NCBI RefSeq assembly: GCF_046119375.1
Contig: NW_027362773.1
Coordinates: 94,302,001 to 94,366,000 of the forward strand
Length of the DNA: 64,000 nucleotides
Source: Phyllobates terribilis
Taxonomy: Eukaryota
Direction: 5' to 3'
The translations under genes and the position numbers were made by a program. Positions 27,620 through 40,500 of this stretch are shown here, piece by piece; positions within the stretch are counted from its first letter, which is position 1; each line of letters starts with the position of its first letter. Under the pieces are notes generated by a model. It ran no database searches, was not told where the DNA came from, and saw nothing but the letters and a program-made list of their open reading frames with translations.

Positions 27620-28700
27620 ATTAGAGCTATATTATATAGTAGTTATATTCTTGTACATAGGGGCAGTATTGTAGTAGTTATATTTCTGTGTATAGAGAGC
27701 AGTTTTATAGTCCTTATATTCTTGTACATAGGAGCAGTATTATAGTAGTTATATTCTTGTACATAGGGGCAGTATTATAGTAGTTATATTCTTGTACATA
27801 GGAGCAGTATTATAGTAGTTATATTCTTGTACATAGGGGCAGTATTATAGTAGTTATATTCTTGTACATAGGAGCAGTATTATAATAGTTATATTCTTGT
27901 ACATAGGGGCAGTATTATAGTAGTTATATTCTTGTACATAGGAGCAGTATTATAGTAGTTATATTCTTGTACATAGGAGCAGTATTATAGTAGTTATATT
28001 CTTGTACATAGGAGCAGTATTATAGTAGTTATATTCTTGTACATAGGAGCAGTATTATAGTAGTTATATTCTTGTACATAGGGGGCAGTATTATAGTAGT
28101 TATATTCTGTACATAGGGGCAGTATTATAGTAGTTATATTCTTGTACATAGGAGCAGTATTATAGTAGTTATATTCTTGTACATAGGAGCAGTATTATAG
28201 TTATATTCTTGTACATAGGGGCAGTATTATAGTAGTTATATTCTTGTACATAGGAGCAGTATTATAATAGTTATATTCTTGTACATAGGGGCAGTATTAT
28301 AGTAGTTATATTCTTGTACATAGGAGCAGTATTATAGTAGTTATATTCTTGTACATAGGAGCAGTATTATAGTAGTTATATTCTTGTACATAGGAGCAGT
28401 ATTATAGTAGTTATATTCTTGTACATAGGAGCAGTATTATAGTAGTTATATTCTTGTACATAGGGGGCAGTATTATAGTAGTTATATTCTGTACATAGGG
28501 GCAGTATTATAGTAGTTATATTCTTGTACATAGGAGCAGTATTATAGTAGTTATATTCTTGTACATAGGAGCAGTATTATAGTTATATTCTTGTACATAG
28601 GGGCAGTATTATAGTAGTTATGTTCTTGTACATAGAGGGCAGTATTATAGTAGTTATATTCTTGTACACAGGAGCAGTATTATAGCTATATTCTTTTATA
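27620..28700. repeat. 35-bp minisatellite, about 30 copies
   Basis: Unit gtacataggagcagtattatagtagttatattctt. Confidence 0.97.
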
Positions 28701-30099
28701 AAGATGCAATATTATTCACTACATTATATGTGGTATTTTACAGTATTACAATTCTGCAGATTATTCTTTGTCCAGGAATGAATCAGGTTCCAAATATTAC
28801 AGGCAGTAAAATGTATTATGGCAGAACAACATTACATAATCTGCTAATCCTGCAAATAGATTTATGTAAAACATTAACTACAATACTGGGATTTATGGGT
28901 TTGCTTGGTAAAGACGATTATTTTTATTGTCCTCCTTTCTGCCGCAGTCACTGACACAGGAGGGGACCACACCTCGCTTTCTGCTTCGTAAAGTCCTTAT
29001 AATACGGATGGACATACAATGATTTCACTTGGATAAATGACAGCAGAGGTTTCACTAGAAACTTTATGAAATGTTCCAGACAACTGGTTAGGGAAAACAG
29101 GGCCAGATATGAGCAAGCGAAAATGCACGTCTCAAAAATGCTTACTATTACACAGTGTATGTGTTAAGAGAACGTCACATTAAAATAATACAAAACAGAG
29201 GACAGCCAAAACAGGAGCTGCAGTGTAAAGCAAGGTGGTTTTTAGAGGACCTTAGCCTCCAAAAGACAACAGGACTGAGCTATAGTTACTAAATCTAGAT
29301 TTTTCGGAGGAGAGATTGATCTCTATCAGAAGAGAAAAACAGACAGCATACAGTTTGGTAAGGCAAGACCCCTTTTTTTCCTGATGCCCTTCAGTTCTCC
29401 CCTATCCAGAATTTATCAGTAGCAGCTTATACTTTAGGAAAACAAAAAATAAATAAAATAATAGGAGTTCAGATTGCCTGATAGGGAGACCCATACACAT
29501 CAGATAGTACAAAGCCTTGTCAGAAATTGGAGGGATAAACTGACTAATCGGTATTGGGACCCCAAGTCACTTCTCCGCTTCTCTCTAGTGGGGATCTCAG
29601 CACTCAGACCCTCAGAATTCAAAACTTATGTCATGTCAAAAGTTTTCTAAAAGTGCAATTATCCTTTAAGAAGGTTGTTTCATCAGCTCCCCTTCTGATA
29701 TGCCCTGCTATGGAACGTCTCCATTAACCAGGGCAACAAGAAGCAGCTCTGGCTCCAGGCGGCCATTCACCAGAATGGTCAGCATATATTTCCATTCTAC
29801 TGTAGTAACACAGGAAACAAGCAGCTGACTGCGACGTCATCAGCCGACGCTGACAGATCTCTGCAGATCAATCCATCACGAGGGTGGTGCTCACAATAAA
29901 GTAGATGTACTTGGCAGGACGACCCCTATAACTGTACTATTAATGAAAAAGATTTATGTATTTTGCTTAAGGTCCCTAACTATTTCCTCTCGTTTGCCTT
30001 ACTCCATTATCCTAATTATTCCCTCCAGTAAAAGGAGTCATTTGAATAATTGATATAAAGTAACTACTCAGAATACAATTTTTTTTGAAGAATGAACCA

Positions 30100-30552
30100 A
30101 ACTGTTGATTTGGCCACTAGTAACATTTCTTCTCTCTCTGAAGGATTTCTTCTTTTTTTTCAGCCTAATGATGGTCTGTTTTTCCATTGAGAGCTCCTTT
30201 GACTGCATGTTGTGGGTTCACAGCAACAGCTTCGAAATGCAAATACCACACCTGGAATTAGCTCCAGATCTTTTACCCGCTTAATTAATGATATAGCCCA
30301 TGCAGCTCATTAAAGAGCTTCTGAAATAATTGTCCAATTACTTTTGGTCCCTTTAAAAAGAGGCATCTCCATATTAAAGAGCTGTAATTCCTAAACTCTT
30401 CCTCCAATTTGGATGTGAATACGCTCAAATTAAAGCCAATGTTCGGCACTTTAAGCCCATATGGATTATAAAACTGAGTTTTGAAAATGTTTTTGATAAA
30501 CAGCTAAAATGCCAAACTTTTGTCAATGTCCAAATATTTCTGGACCTAAAGT
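30100..30552 (-). mobile_element. Degenerate Tc1 5' end remnant
   Basis: Ends in a gtccaaatatttctggacctaa TIR-like sequence preceded by gtccaattacttttggtccc. Confidence 0.5.
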
Positions 30553-31391
30553 GGATGTTCAAATGCATCTTTGTGCGTAAACAGACCGCGAATGGACGCA
30601 GACCAACAATGGTACCATGCAGACAAATATGCACCAATCTGCAGGGGAGACCTGTCTATTGAACTCAATTGGTGCTCAAAACCAAAAAAGTAGGACATGT
30701 GAACATTATCCATATATCAGCCATTTTTCATGTATCGGTTATAGAAATGTACACAAGAAGGGGAGCGGGGCCATTTTTTTTTTTGCAGATTGAAAAAACA
30801 AACAAAAAAAATCGGTTCAGCTCCTATTGAAGTGAATGTGATCTGCAATAAAGAACGGCCACTATACGGTGTACTAAGCCGAGCTGTTCTGGCTCCGCAT
30901 ATTGCGTACTTCTGGCAGCCGGAGGGCATGCTAACAACAGCTGATTGGTGGGGTCGTCGGACACCCAAGATCGGATATTGATTAACTAACCTAAAACTAT
31001 ACACCATCAATCTTTAAATCCTGGACAACCCCTTTAAATACTGCCAAATATGCCTCATACAGAACATGCGCTGCTCGCACTTTTTATGTAGCACAATGAT
31101 CTCTACGTCTTCTTACATTTCACCTGCTCCCTCCATTGACAGGTACATAATCACAGAGGAGCAACACTCGCACGTTCTCATTCTTTATCTCACTGCAAAA
31201 CACGAAAAACGGGACCAGGACTCCGCCTGACAAGTTCTACAGAAAAACTATGTTCTCCGCCCCCTGACAACCTCACAAACAGGGAGATTCCTGAAAATCT
31301 AGGAACGTGTGTAAACCTGCAGTATATGATGAGCTGCTATAGACTAAACCAGGAGTGACGTGGAATGACATGGGAGGAGAACATTTTTTTT

Positions 31392-31426
<35 letters not shown>

Positions 31427-31982
31427 CACTCCAGCATTTTGGTTTTTTTTATTGCAACACTGGAGTGGTGCTTTAAATTTAAGTCTCTTGCCCGATACTC
31501 ACCTGCCTCTGCCTTGATCCTTTTCCAGCGTCGCTCCCATAGGTCCAGTGTTTCATGGAGCGCGCCGGAGGTCACTTTAAAATACGACTCTACGAGAGCC
31601 TCGTTCTCATAGACTTGTATTGAGCTCTTGTGACGCAACTACTGACTTCCGGCCAGACAGAAGCTGCGCTCACAAGATGGCGCTGCGGGATTGGAGTGGC
31701 GTTTGTAAAAGGTGAAGCTGCCGGAAGGCCAATATAATAATATATTATATCTATCATCTGCACTGCTATATTGAATGATACAGTCATGTGAATGAGCCCT
31801 TACACTGACTATTCCTGGCTGCAGAATGATAAACACCTACAGATATTGCTCGCCATAACAGTAAATGTAAAATAAACTTTGTTTTTTTAAATATTATAAT
31901 AAACACACGATAATGAGGAGATCAGATGACTAGGAATCATAAGCTGCAAACGACATCGAATAGTAGAGATACACAGCACATA

Positions 31983-33606
31983 CAGTACAGACCAAAAGTT
32001 TGGACACACCTTCTCATTTAAAGATTTTTCTGTATTTTCATGACTTTGAAAATTGTACATTCACACTGAAGGCATCAAACTATGAATTAACACATGTGGA
32101 ATTATATACTTAACAAAAAAGTGTGAAACAACTGAAAATATGTCTTATATTCTAGGTTCTTCATGACTGCTTTGCTTTGATGACTGCTTTGCACACTCTT
32201 GCCATTCTCTTGATGAGCTTCAAGAGGTAGTCACCGGAAATGGTCTTCCAACAATCTTGAAGGAGTTCCCAGAGATGCTTAGCACTTGTTGACCCTTTTG
32301 CCTTCACTCTGCGGTCCAGCTCACCCCAAACCATCTCAATTGGGTTCAGGTCTGGTGACTGTGGAGGCCAGGTCATCTGGGGCAGCCCCCCATCACTCTC
32401 CTTCTTGGTCAGAAAGCCCTTACACAGCCTGGAGGCGAGTTTGGGGTCATTGTCCTGTTGAAAAATAAATAATGGTCCAACTAAACGCAAACCGGATGGA
32501 ATAGCATGCCGCTGCAAGATGCTGTGGTAGCCATGCTGGTTCAGTATGCCTTCAATTTTGAATAAATCCCCAACAGTGTCACCAGCAAAGCACCCCCACA
32601 CCATCACACCTACTCCTCCATGCTTCACGGTGGGAACCAGGCATGTACAGTCCATCCGTTCACCTTTTCTGCGTCGCACAAAGACACGGTGGTTGGAACC
32701 AAAGATCTCAAATTTGGACTCATCAGACCAAAGCACAGATTTCCACTGGTCTAATGTCCATTCCTTGTGTTCTTTAACCCAAACAAGTCTCTTCTGCTTG
32801 TTGCCTGTCCTTAGCAGTGGTTTCCTAGCAGCTATTTTACCATGAAGGCCTGCTGCACAAAGTCTCCTCTTAACAGTTGTTGAAGAGATGTGTCTGCTGC
32901 TAGAACTCTGTGTGGCATTGACCTGGTCTCTAATCTGAGCTGCTGTTAACCTGCGATTTCTGAGGCTGGTGACTCGGATAAACTTATCCTCAGAAGCAGA
33001 GGTGACTCTTGGTCTTCCTTTCCTGGGGCGGTCCTCATGTGAGCCAGTTTCTTTGTAGCGCTTGATGGTTTTTGCAACTGCACTTGGGGACACTTTCAAA
33101 GTTTGCCCAATTTTTCAGACTGACTGACCTTCATTTCTTAAAGTAATGATGGCCGCTCGTTTTTCTTTACTTAGAATTTGTATTATGGCAAGAAAAAAGC
33201 AGCTAACAGTCTATTCAGTAGGACTATCAGCTGTGTATCCACCAGACTTCTGCTCAACACAAATGATGGTCCCAACCCCATTTATAAGGCAAGAAATTCA
33301 ACTTATTAAACCAGACAGGGCACACCTGTGAAGTGAAAACCATTTCCAGTGACTACCTCTTGAAGCTCATCAAGAGAATGCCAAGAGTGTGCAAAGCAGT
33401 CATCAAAGCAAAAGGTGGCTACTTTGAAGAACCTAGCATATAAGACATATTTTCAGTTGTTTCACACTTTTTTGTTAAGTATATAATTTCACATGTGTTA
33501 ATTCATAGTTTTGATGCCTTCAGTGTGAATGTACAATTTTCATAGTCATGAAAATACAGAAAAATCTTTAAATGAGAAGATGTGTCCAAACTTTTGGTCT
33601 GTACTG
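31983..33606 (-). mobile_element. Full-length Tc1 element (1624 bp) with about 270-bp TIRs; transposase disrupted
   Basis: TA-flanked CAGTACAGACCAAAAG ends. The 312-aa ORF 32161-33099 has WSDESK/QQDNDPK/NPIE; in-frame TGA at 33115-33117 and an altered C-terminus. Confidence 0.95.
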
Positions 33607-34732
33607 TAAATAGTTACTCTACACTGACAGGTATATTATAGAAGGCAGTGTGACGTAAAAGACGATTCCTTTTCAGGAGACAAGTTTGCAAAAAAAAAAA
33701 ACAAAACAAAAAAAAAACAACAAGCTAAAAAAGGGGAAGAACCTGTAATGCAGGAGGCAGGTGTATGGGAATTGAACCCTATGGGTGAGCCATGTCGGCG
33801 TTGTGCAGCATTTTGAGGTTTGTATTTACCTTTGTGCGTTGCGTTTTGTGTTTGCCGGCTATTTGTTGTGTACTTTGGGCGGTGTCACACTCCTTGCAGT
33901 TTTGGTTTACAGCCCTGTGTGCAGTGTAAAGTAGTAGAAGTTTGGGGGCATCTATTAACCCCATATGCACTCCTGTACATTATTACTCATCTATGGCTTA
34001 TTTTGGGGTTCTGTCACATCTCTTGGTTTACATTTACCATTTTGCAATGATTTCTATTCTTATTAGCTATTTCATGTATATTTTAGGTATTTTGACACTT
34101 CCTGCTCTTTGCTGGGCTTTACGTCACACTGTTTATAATATACCTGTGGGTGTAGATTAATTATTTACTATGTATCACCACGTATCCATGCACGGATCAT
34201 GTTTCTGTGTGGATGAGCCCTCAATGTGATCTTGGCTTTTTAAATTTATATTATAAAAAACAAAAGTATTTATTTTACATATATTGTCCTATGGTGTTCA
34301 AAATGTGTAACATGTACAGTATATACTTAATACATTTGTGTGAAGGCTCTAATTTGTATAGGTTGGGTCCAGAATGAGAACGGAGAATCCGTCATGGAGC
34401 TCGTTCTGACTCCAATATCTGTCTTTTTCTGAGGTCTTCTTTGCTATTTTACAACCAAATGAATATTAAATACGCAGAGAAACAAAGAGCCGTAACATTT
34501 TTATTGACAGCCCAATTGCAAAAATGATTTTTAGCTCCAAATGAAAAACAAAAAACACACACCATTAAACACTACCAATTAAAATAAATGGGGGGAGGGG
34601 GGGGGGGGGGGGGAATCGGTTGTGTGACCCTAGCGTAAATCTGAGTTACAGCAGTCACTTGTTCACACAAGATCTGAACACTAATCACCTGAAATACTCT
34701 GTGTTGCTGTTTCCTTCCCATAATGCAGTTTA

Positions 34733-34924
34733 GGCCACGGCCCCACTATCAGTATTTGGTCAGTATTTTTTCTCAGGAGTGGGAGCCAAAACCAGGAGTG
34801 GGTGATAAATGCAGAATTGGTGGCTTGTTTCTATTATACCTTTTCTCTGATTGTTCCTCACCTGGTTTTGGCTCCCACTCCTGAGAAAAAATACTGACCA
34901 AATACTGATAGTGGGGCCGTGGCC
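34733..34924. mobile_element. PIF/Harbinger-like MITE, copy 2
   Basis: Perfect TIR GGCCACGGCCCCACTATCAG, TTA TSD. Confidence 0.9.
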
Positions 34925-35112
34925 TTAACCTACCTCTTAGCCGGCTCCAAGCTGCCTTTATCATCCCCATCTCACTTGGCAACTTATTTTTGATGATCTA
35001 ATATTTATGGCGAAGAAACCACATGGAAACTTATAAAAATGATTGGATGGGCTATTAAGGTTGCATGAATATGGTGACCCTCTAAACACGCATATATATT
35101 CTATCTATAATA

Positions 35113-35821
35113 CACTGCTCAAAAAAATAAAGGGAACACTCAAATAACACATCCTAGATCTGAATGAATGAAATATTCTCATTGAATACTTTGTTCTGTA
35201 CAAAGTTGAATGTGCTGACAACAAAATCACACAAAAATCATCAATGGAAATCACATTTATTAACCAATGGAGGCCTGGATTTGGAGTCACCCCCAAAATT
35301 AAAGTGGAAAAACACACTACAGGCTGATCCAACTTTGATGTAATGTCCTTAAAACAAGTCAAAATGAGGCTCAGTATTGTGTGTGGCCTCCACGTGCCTG
35401 TATGACCTCCCTACAACGCCTGGGCATGCTCCTGATGAGGTTGCGGATGGTCTCCTGTGGGATCTCCTCCCAGACCTGGAATAAAGCATCCGCCAACTCC
35501 TGGACAGTCGGTGGTGCAACGTGACGTTGGTGGATGGAGCGAGACATGATGTCCCAGATGTGCTCAATCGGATTCAGGTCTGGGGAACGGGCGGGCCAGT
35601 CCATAGCTTCAATGCCTTCATCTTGCAGGAACTGCTGACACTCTCCAGCCACATGAGGTCTGGCATTGTCCTGTATTAGGAGGAACCCAGGGCCAACCGC
35701 ACCAGCATATGGTCTCACAAGGGGTCTGAGGATCTCATCTCGGTACCTAATGGCAGTCAGGCTACCTCTGGCGAGCACATGGAGGGCTATGTGTTATTTG
35801 CGTGTTCCCTTTTGAGCAGTG
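35113..35821 (-). mobile_element. Internally deleted Tc1 element (709 bp)
   Basis: TA-flanked CACTGCTCAAAA...GGGAACAC ends; retains only the catalytic C-terminus (QDNARPH...[12 protein letters not shown]34E). Confidence 0.9.
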
Positions 35822-37130
35822 TATATACACACACACCAGCTGGAGATTTATTCTATGGCCGCTCACTAGTCACATACCTGGGGGCTGCGTTACCAAGTGA
35901 TCATGGCGCACACATAACATACAGATTACACAGATGTCAGGCGGTATCTAACCAAGTGTGGGAACAACATGGTTGTCAGAGATCATCATGCATTACCCGA
36001 GAATGTGCCGGGATCCATGAAGGCCCAGCAGAACAGGATTTTACTTTCCATTACTGCTCCACAATATGAAATCGCCAATGTAATACTGCATATACAGCAC
36101 CCACGGGTGCACTGACCCTCCTCCACCCCGCGCTATGTTTGCCCAGGTTACACAGCGCTCCAGTAGTCATGAATACAGATCCTGAACCTGTTCTTACAAG
36201 TCACAATCCATAATACACAGGGATCAGGGCCCAGAAGTGTGGGAAATGCAGGTCAGCTCCGCGGCACATTAGTAGTACAGAAGTGCGGTTATTAGGTTTC
36301 AGCATTACAATGAAGAGTTAACAAAAATAACCTTGAGGGGGGAGGAAACAGACAAGACAGATGTAACTATGTATCATTTCCATGTAACCATGGAGACCAT
36401 TCTGGCTTTGGCTACATGAAAACTATAATAAATGAAGGTGATGGCACAGTACAAGACCGACTTTATCTTTTAAAGGGGGATTCTGGTAGGAAGAAAAACG
36501 CCTATCCAAAAGTCAAGCAATAACTGCTCTAATGGGCACTCATATATTGCCAAAATTGGGGACTTTTGCCCCTCCTATCCCCATTTAAATGGAGAGGAGG
36601 TTAGATGTGTGCACTGCTGCGCCATTCACTCTATGGGGCAGCTGGAAATAGCCGGGCACCGTACGACCCATCTTGGGTCATTCCTGAAGAGAATGAAAGT
36701 AGCGGCACTGCGCAAGTTCCATTGCCGCTCCATTCAAATTGGGGACCCTCGTTCTGGCCATCATCTCTTCGCCTGAGGTTAGGTAAAAAAGGGGTATTCT
36801 GGTAAAAATGAAGTTATCACCTAACCACAGGCTACACGGTGATTGGATCAGACCCCACCTATCCCCACAATGGGGGACTTCTGGACCCTAAATGAGTGGA
36901 GCGGCGGTGCAGCACGGCCTCCTCATTCATTCACTATGGCACTGTTGCTCAACTCCAGTCCTCAAGTATCTCCCCAAAACCATGTTCACCTGAAGTTTTT
37001 TTTTTAAGGAAAAAAAAGACGCAAGCAAAAAACACGTGTGTATTTAAAGACGATTTTTTTTCCCTGCTGACGCTTTGGTCTTTTCTGCTGCAAATTTGCT
37101 GAAAATATGCAATATGTGCACACACTTTAA

Positions 37131-37590
37131 GGCTATGTTCACACATTGCGTTTTTTTGATGCATTTTTGTAATGCACATTTTCTGCTGCATTTTACAGTA
37201 CCGGCAAAGTTTATGAGATTCCAGAAATCTCATGCACACACATTGGTTTTTGTTTTATCAGTATTTTATGCTTCGCATGTTTTTTGCAGAATAGACCATG
37301 TCACTTCTTTCAGCGCTTTTCACCCATTGGAAGTAATAGGTGGTGAAAAAATGCAGAAAAAAAAAAAACCGCAGGTGTCAGGTTTTTCAATGTTTTTTTG
37401 TGCCAAAACCTGCGGAAATAGAATTTTTTTTTTTTTTTTTTTTTTTCCTTCACTGAACTTTATGTACATTCATAAAGAGACAAAGGGACAGTGAAAAAAC
37501 GCAGCACAAAAAGCAAAATCCTGAACAAACCTTCCTGGCAAGAGATCAGGTTTTGCTGCAGAAAAAAAAACGCAATGTGTGAACATAGCC
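37131..37590. mobile_element. PIF/Harbinger-like MITE
   Basis: TIR GGCTATGTTCACACATTGCGTTTTT, TAA TSD. Confidence 0.9.
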
Positions 37591-40500
37591 TAAAACTAGG
37601 CAATGTAAAAAAAAAAAAAAAAAATCCTGAAAACATGATTTTTTAACTTTATTTCATACAATATTAAATTCCAGTATCCACAAATAATGATAACTAAAAA
37701 GGAAAGCAGCAGCGTTGGCAATGTAAAAGAACGTGTGCACGCCTCTGATCCAGCAGTCACCAACAATCAACCAATATGGAGGGTGAGGCCGCAGGTCCAG
37801 TGATGGGAACCATATATTAACCCATGCATTGTTTCCGCTCCGTGCTTGAGAAAAGATCTCTGGAGCCGAAAAGTCGCTTGGGTTAATAAAAGGTTAGTTT
37901 CCCTGGATTGCTGCTTCACTCTCCATATTTATTCACCACTGATAAATATATATTTTTATTTTTCCACCCTCTTATAAAAGTTAAATATTTTTCAGTTTTA
38001 AGACAAATAATAAATACAAAATAAAAAAAAAAAGTAACATGTCCCGGTCTCCTCTTTGCTGGAGAATGGCAACAATTTCTATTTCTGGAATGTTTATTGG
38101 CAAGAAATTCTTCCTTCCAGACAGCTGTCTGCACAAGCTCAGAAAGAAAACTGCGTCCAGCAGACAACTAACTACTACCACTATCATCTTCACTGACTAG
38201 TCGTCGTACTAACTACTACTGAAGGTCTATGCACAGCGCAATAGTGGCTCACAGCTCCTGTAGGAATAAACTTTAACCCCGGGTCACCCAGCAGTGAGGG
38301 CTCCATTATCACAACGCCCCCAATTCTAAAAATACAACCGTTACACAGCAAAAGGGCGTTCCCTTCCGGATGATAAAAAAAATTAACTCTCAGTACATCT
38401 TGTAGTTGGGGGTTTTCACACATTTATTTTGCAATCATATGTAACTTTTTTTTTTTTTTTGCAGAAAAAGTTTTAGAAAATGACTAAAGAAACAATCCAC
38501 CCATTCACAGGGAACGTAACAAGACGGCTGGATTCGGAGATTACACTTCTGTTTTTCGCTTCCCATTCCCTCCCCACCAGATCATGGACTAAAATATAGG
38601 TTTGCTCGTGACAGAGGAAATCTTGACCGCCCTTCGTAAAAAATAGGGGCAGAATTAGGAACATGTTTGTACCTAGACTTAAAGGGAAAAGGTCATGTTG
38701 AAAATTGTATCTGACCTGCAGGAGGAGCTGGTCAGACTGATACATTTTTTATGGAAAAAGATTAATGAAAAATTGCATTTTACCCACTGAAATCCCTGGC
38801 GTTTGTAAGAATAGGAGTCCAGTGGGCGGTGCTATTCAGTGGCTGACATTCTTACATGCAGAAATACCTGTCAATCACAGAGCAGCACCGCCCACTGGAC
38901 TCACCTATACAGACATGAGATTTCAGTGAATAAGATACAAATGGTACTGAATCTCTCTCAATAAACCTATATATTATTCTACTCTATACCACAGATCAGA
39001 GGGAATGTACACATGACAGGTTCCCTTTAAATTTGGTGCAAAATATAGTAGTTTAAAGTCACTTTTTGTGCCCCATTCCACAAGATGCAAGGCTTTAGAT
39101 GACATTTACAGCATGTGACCATGAAGATACATAGGTCAGAAGAGCAGCAAGGAATTTAATCTATTTGCAAATATATTTCTTCACAGATTAATAGATGATG
39201 TCTTCAGCAATAAGGATGCTTTTCTGTGCCTCATGCTCTAGATATGTTTGTCTGGCGGGGGCCATAATGTTACTTCACTCTGCACAACCAGAAGACCCTT
39301 GAGAGGTCATCATAAGTCTTCTGGGACATATCACATTTATTATAAAAGTTGCGATGTCAATTTACCAATTTTTAGTTTTTCAATAATTCCAGCCCCATAA
39401 CCTACACACCCATTATCTATACTTATCAGTACCGTCCGGATACTGCTGATCTGAGCCTCGTATGATCAATATGGGACAGCTCCTGCAATACCATAAAAAG
39501 TATAGGATTTTACATGTCAGCTTTCAGTAGAACAGACTGATCATAGGGGTCAATCTGACGCTCTTGATAGAGGATATCAGGGCAAAGGATGGAGAATGTT
39601 ATATTTCAATGCTCTAATAACGAACAATTCACAATAGTGGGAAGTACGCTTTGCCTCTGTCGTATCGGAGGAAGGCAGTGGCACTGAAGCTGGCTAGATC
39701 CAGATTAGCACTTACAAACTCTTTACTATAAAGCTTGCAAGCGCTCACCTCCTTGTCTGGAAAACTTGGCAAGGAGCAGTAAAATGTAGAATTAAGAGAT
39801 GATATTTAATAGGAGGTAAATTTTATATAAGTATCATGGTGAGACCATCCCCATTAGATTAATGCAGATGGATTTACCAATTTTAAACAGCATCAACCAT
39901 CTGATGTATAAGGAGACCCAACCCTTCCAAGATGGCAGATATCAAGAGAAAGGGAGGGTAGGGCATGTTGAATTTTAATATGCCCAATTATTCTGTTCTC
40001 ATGGGATATAAGCTGTCTGACAGCAGATCGCTCCACTTTCCCTATTAAGAACACATGCACGCTTGGTAAAGCTAGGTGTGCAGGTGTATGGGAAGGATTG
40101 GAGGAACACATTTCAGAAAAACAGGATCTTTAGGTTCCTGTTCAAATTTGTTGGAAGTCTAAAATGTCAGAAGTAAATGCTGTGAGTATTCCCTCGACTA
40201 AAATTCTAACACTGGCATCTGTTAGTGGTTAAACCTTTGTTTCCCTAAAAAGTTATGCAAGCAGAGGCAAGAAAGAAACTTTTTTTTGGCTTCCATCAGG
40301 TGTACTGCACTAAGGACTCTTGGTATATAGGAAAACAGGTTCACAAAGAATGATGTGAACAGAGACTAAACTGGAGGATGATCAATAGGCGCCGATAGGT
40401 TTTTTTTAAACATAAATTGAATTCCCAAAATCTCTATCAGCCTTGTGCCACCATCTAGAACACCCCTCATTTAAAGCAAGAAGAGCTCTATTTATGGCGA

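Noticed and set aside
27620-28700. Regular repeat resembling a CRISPR array
   Set aside because: Head-to-tail units with no unique spacers, in a vertebrate intron; it is a minisatellite.
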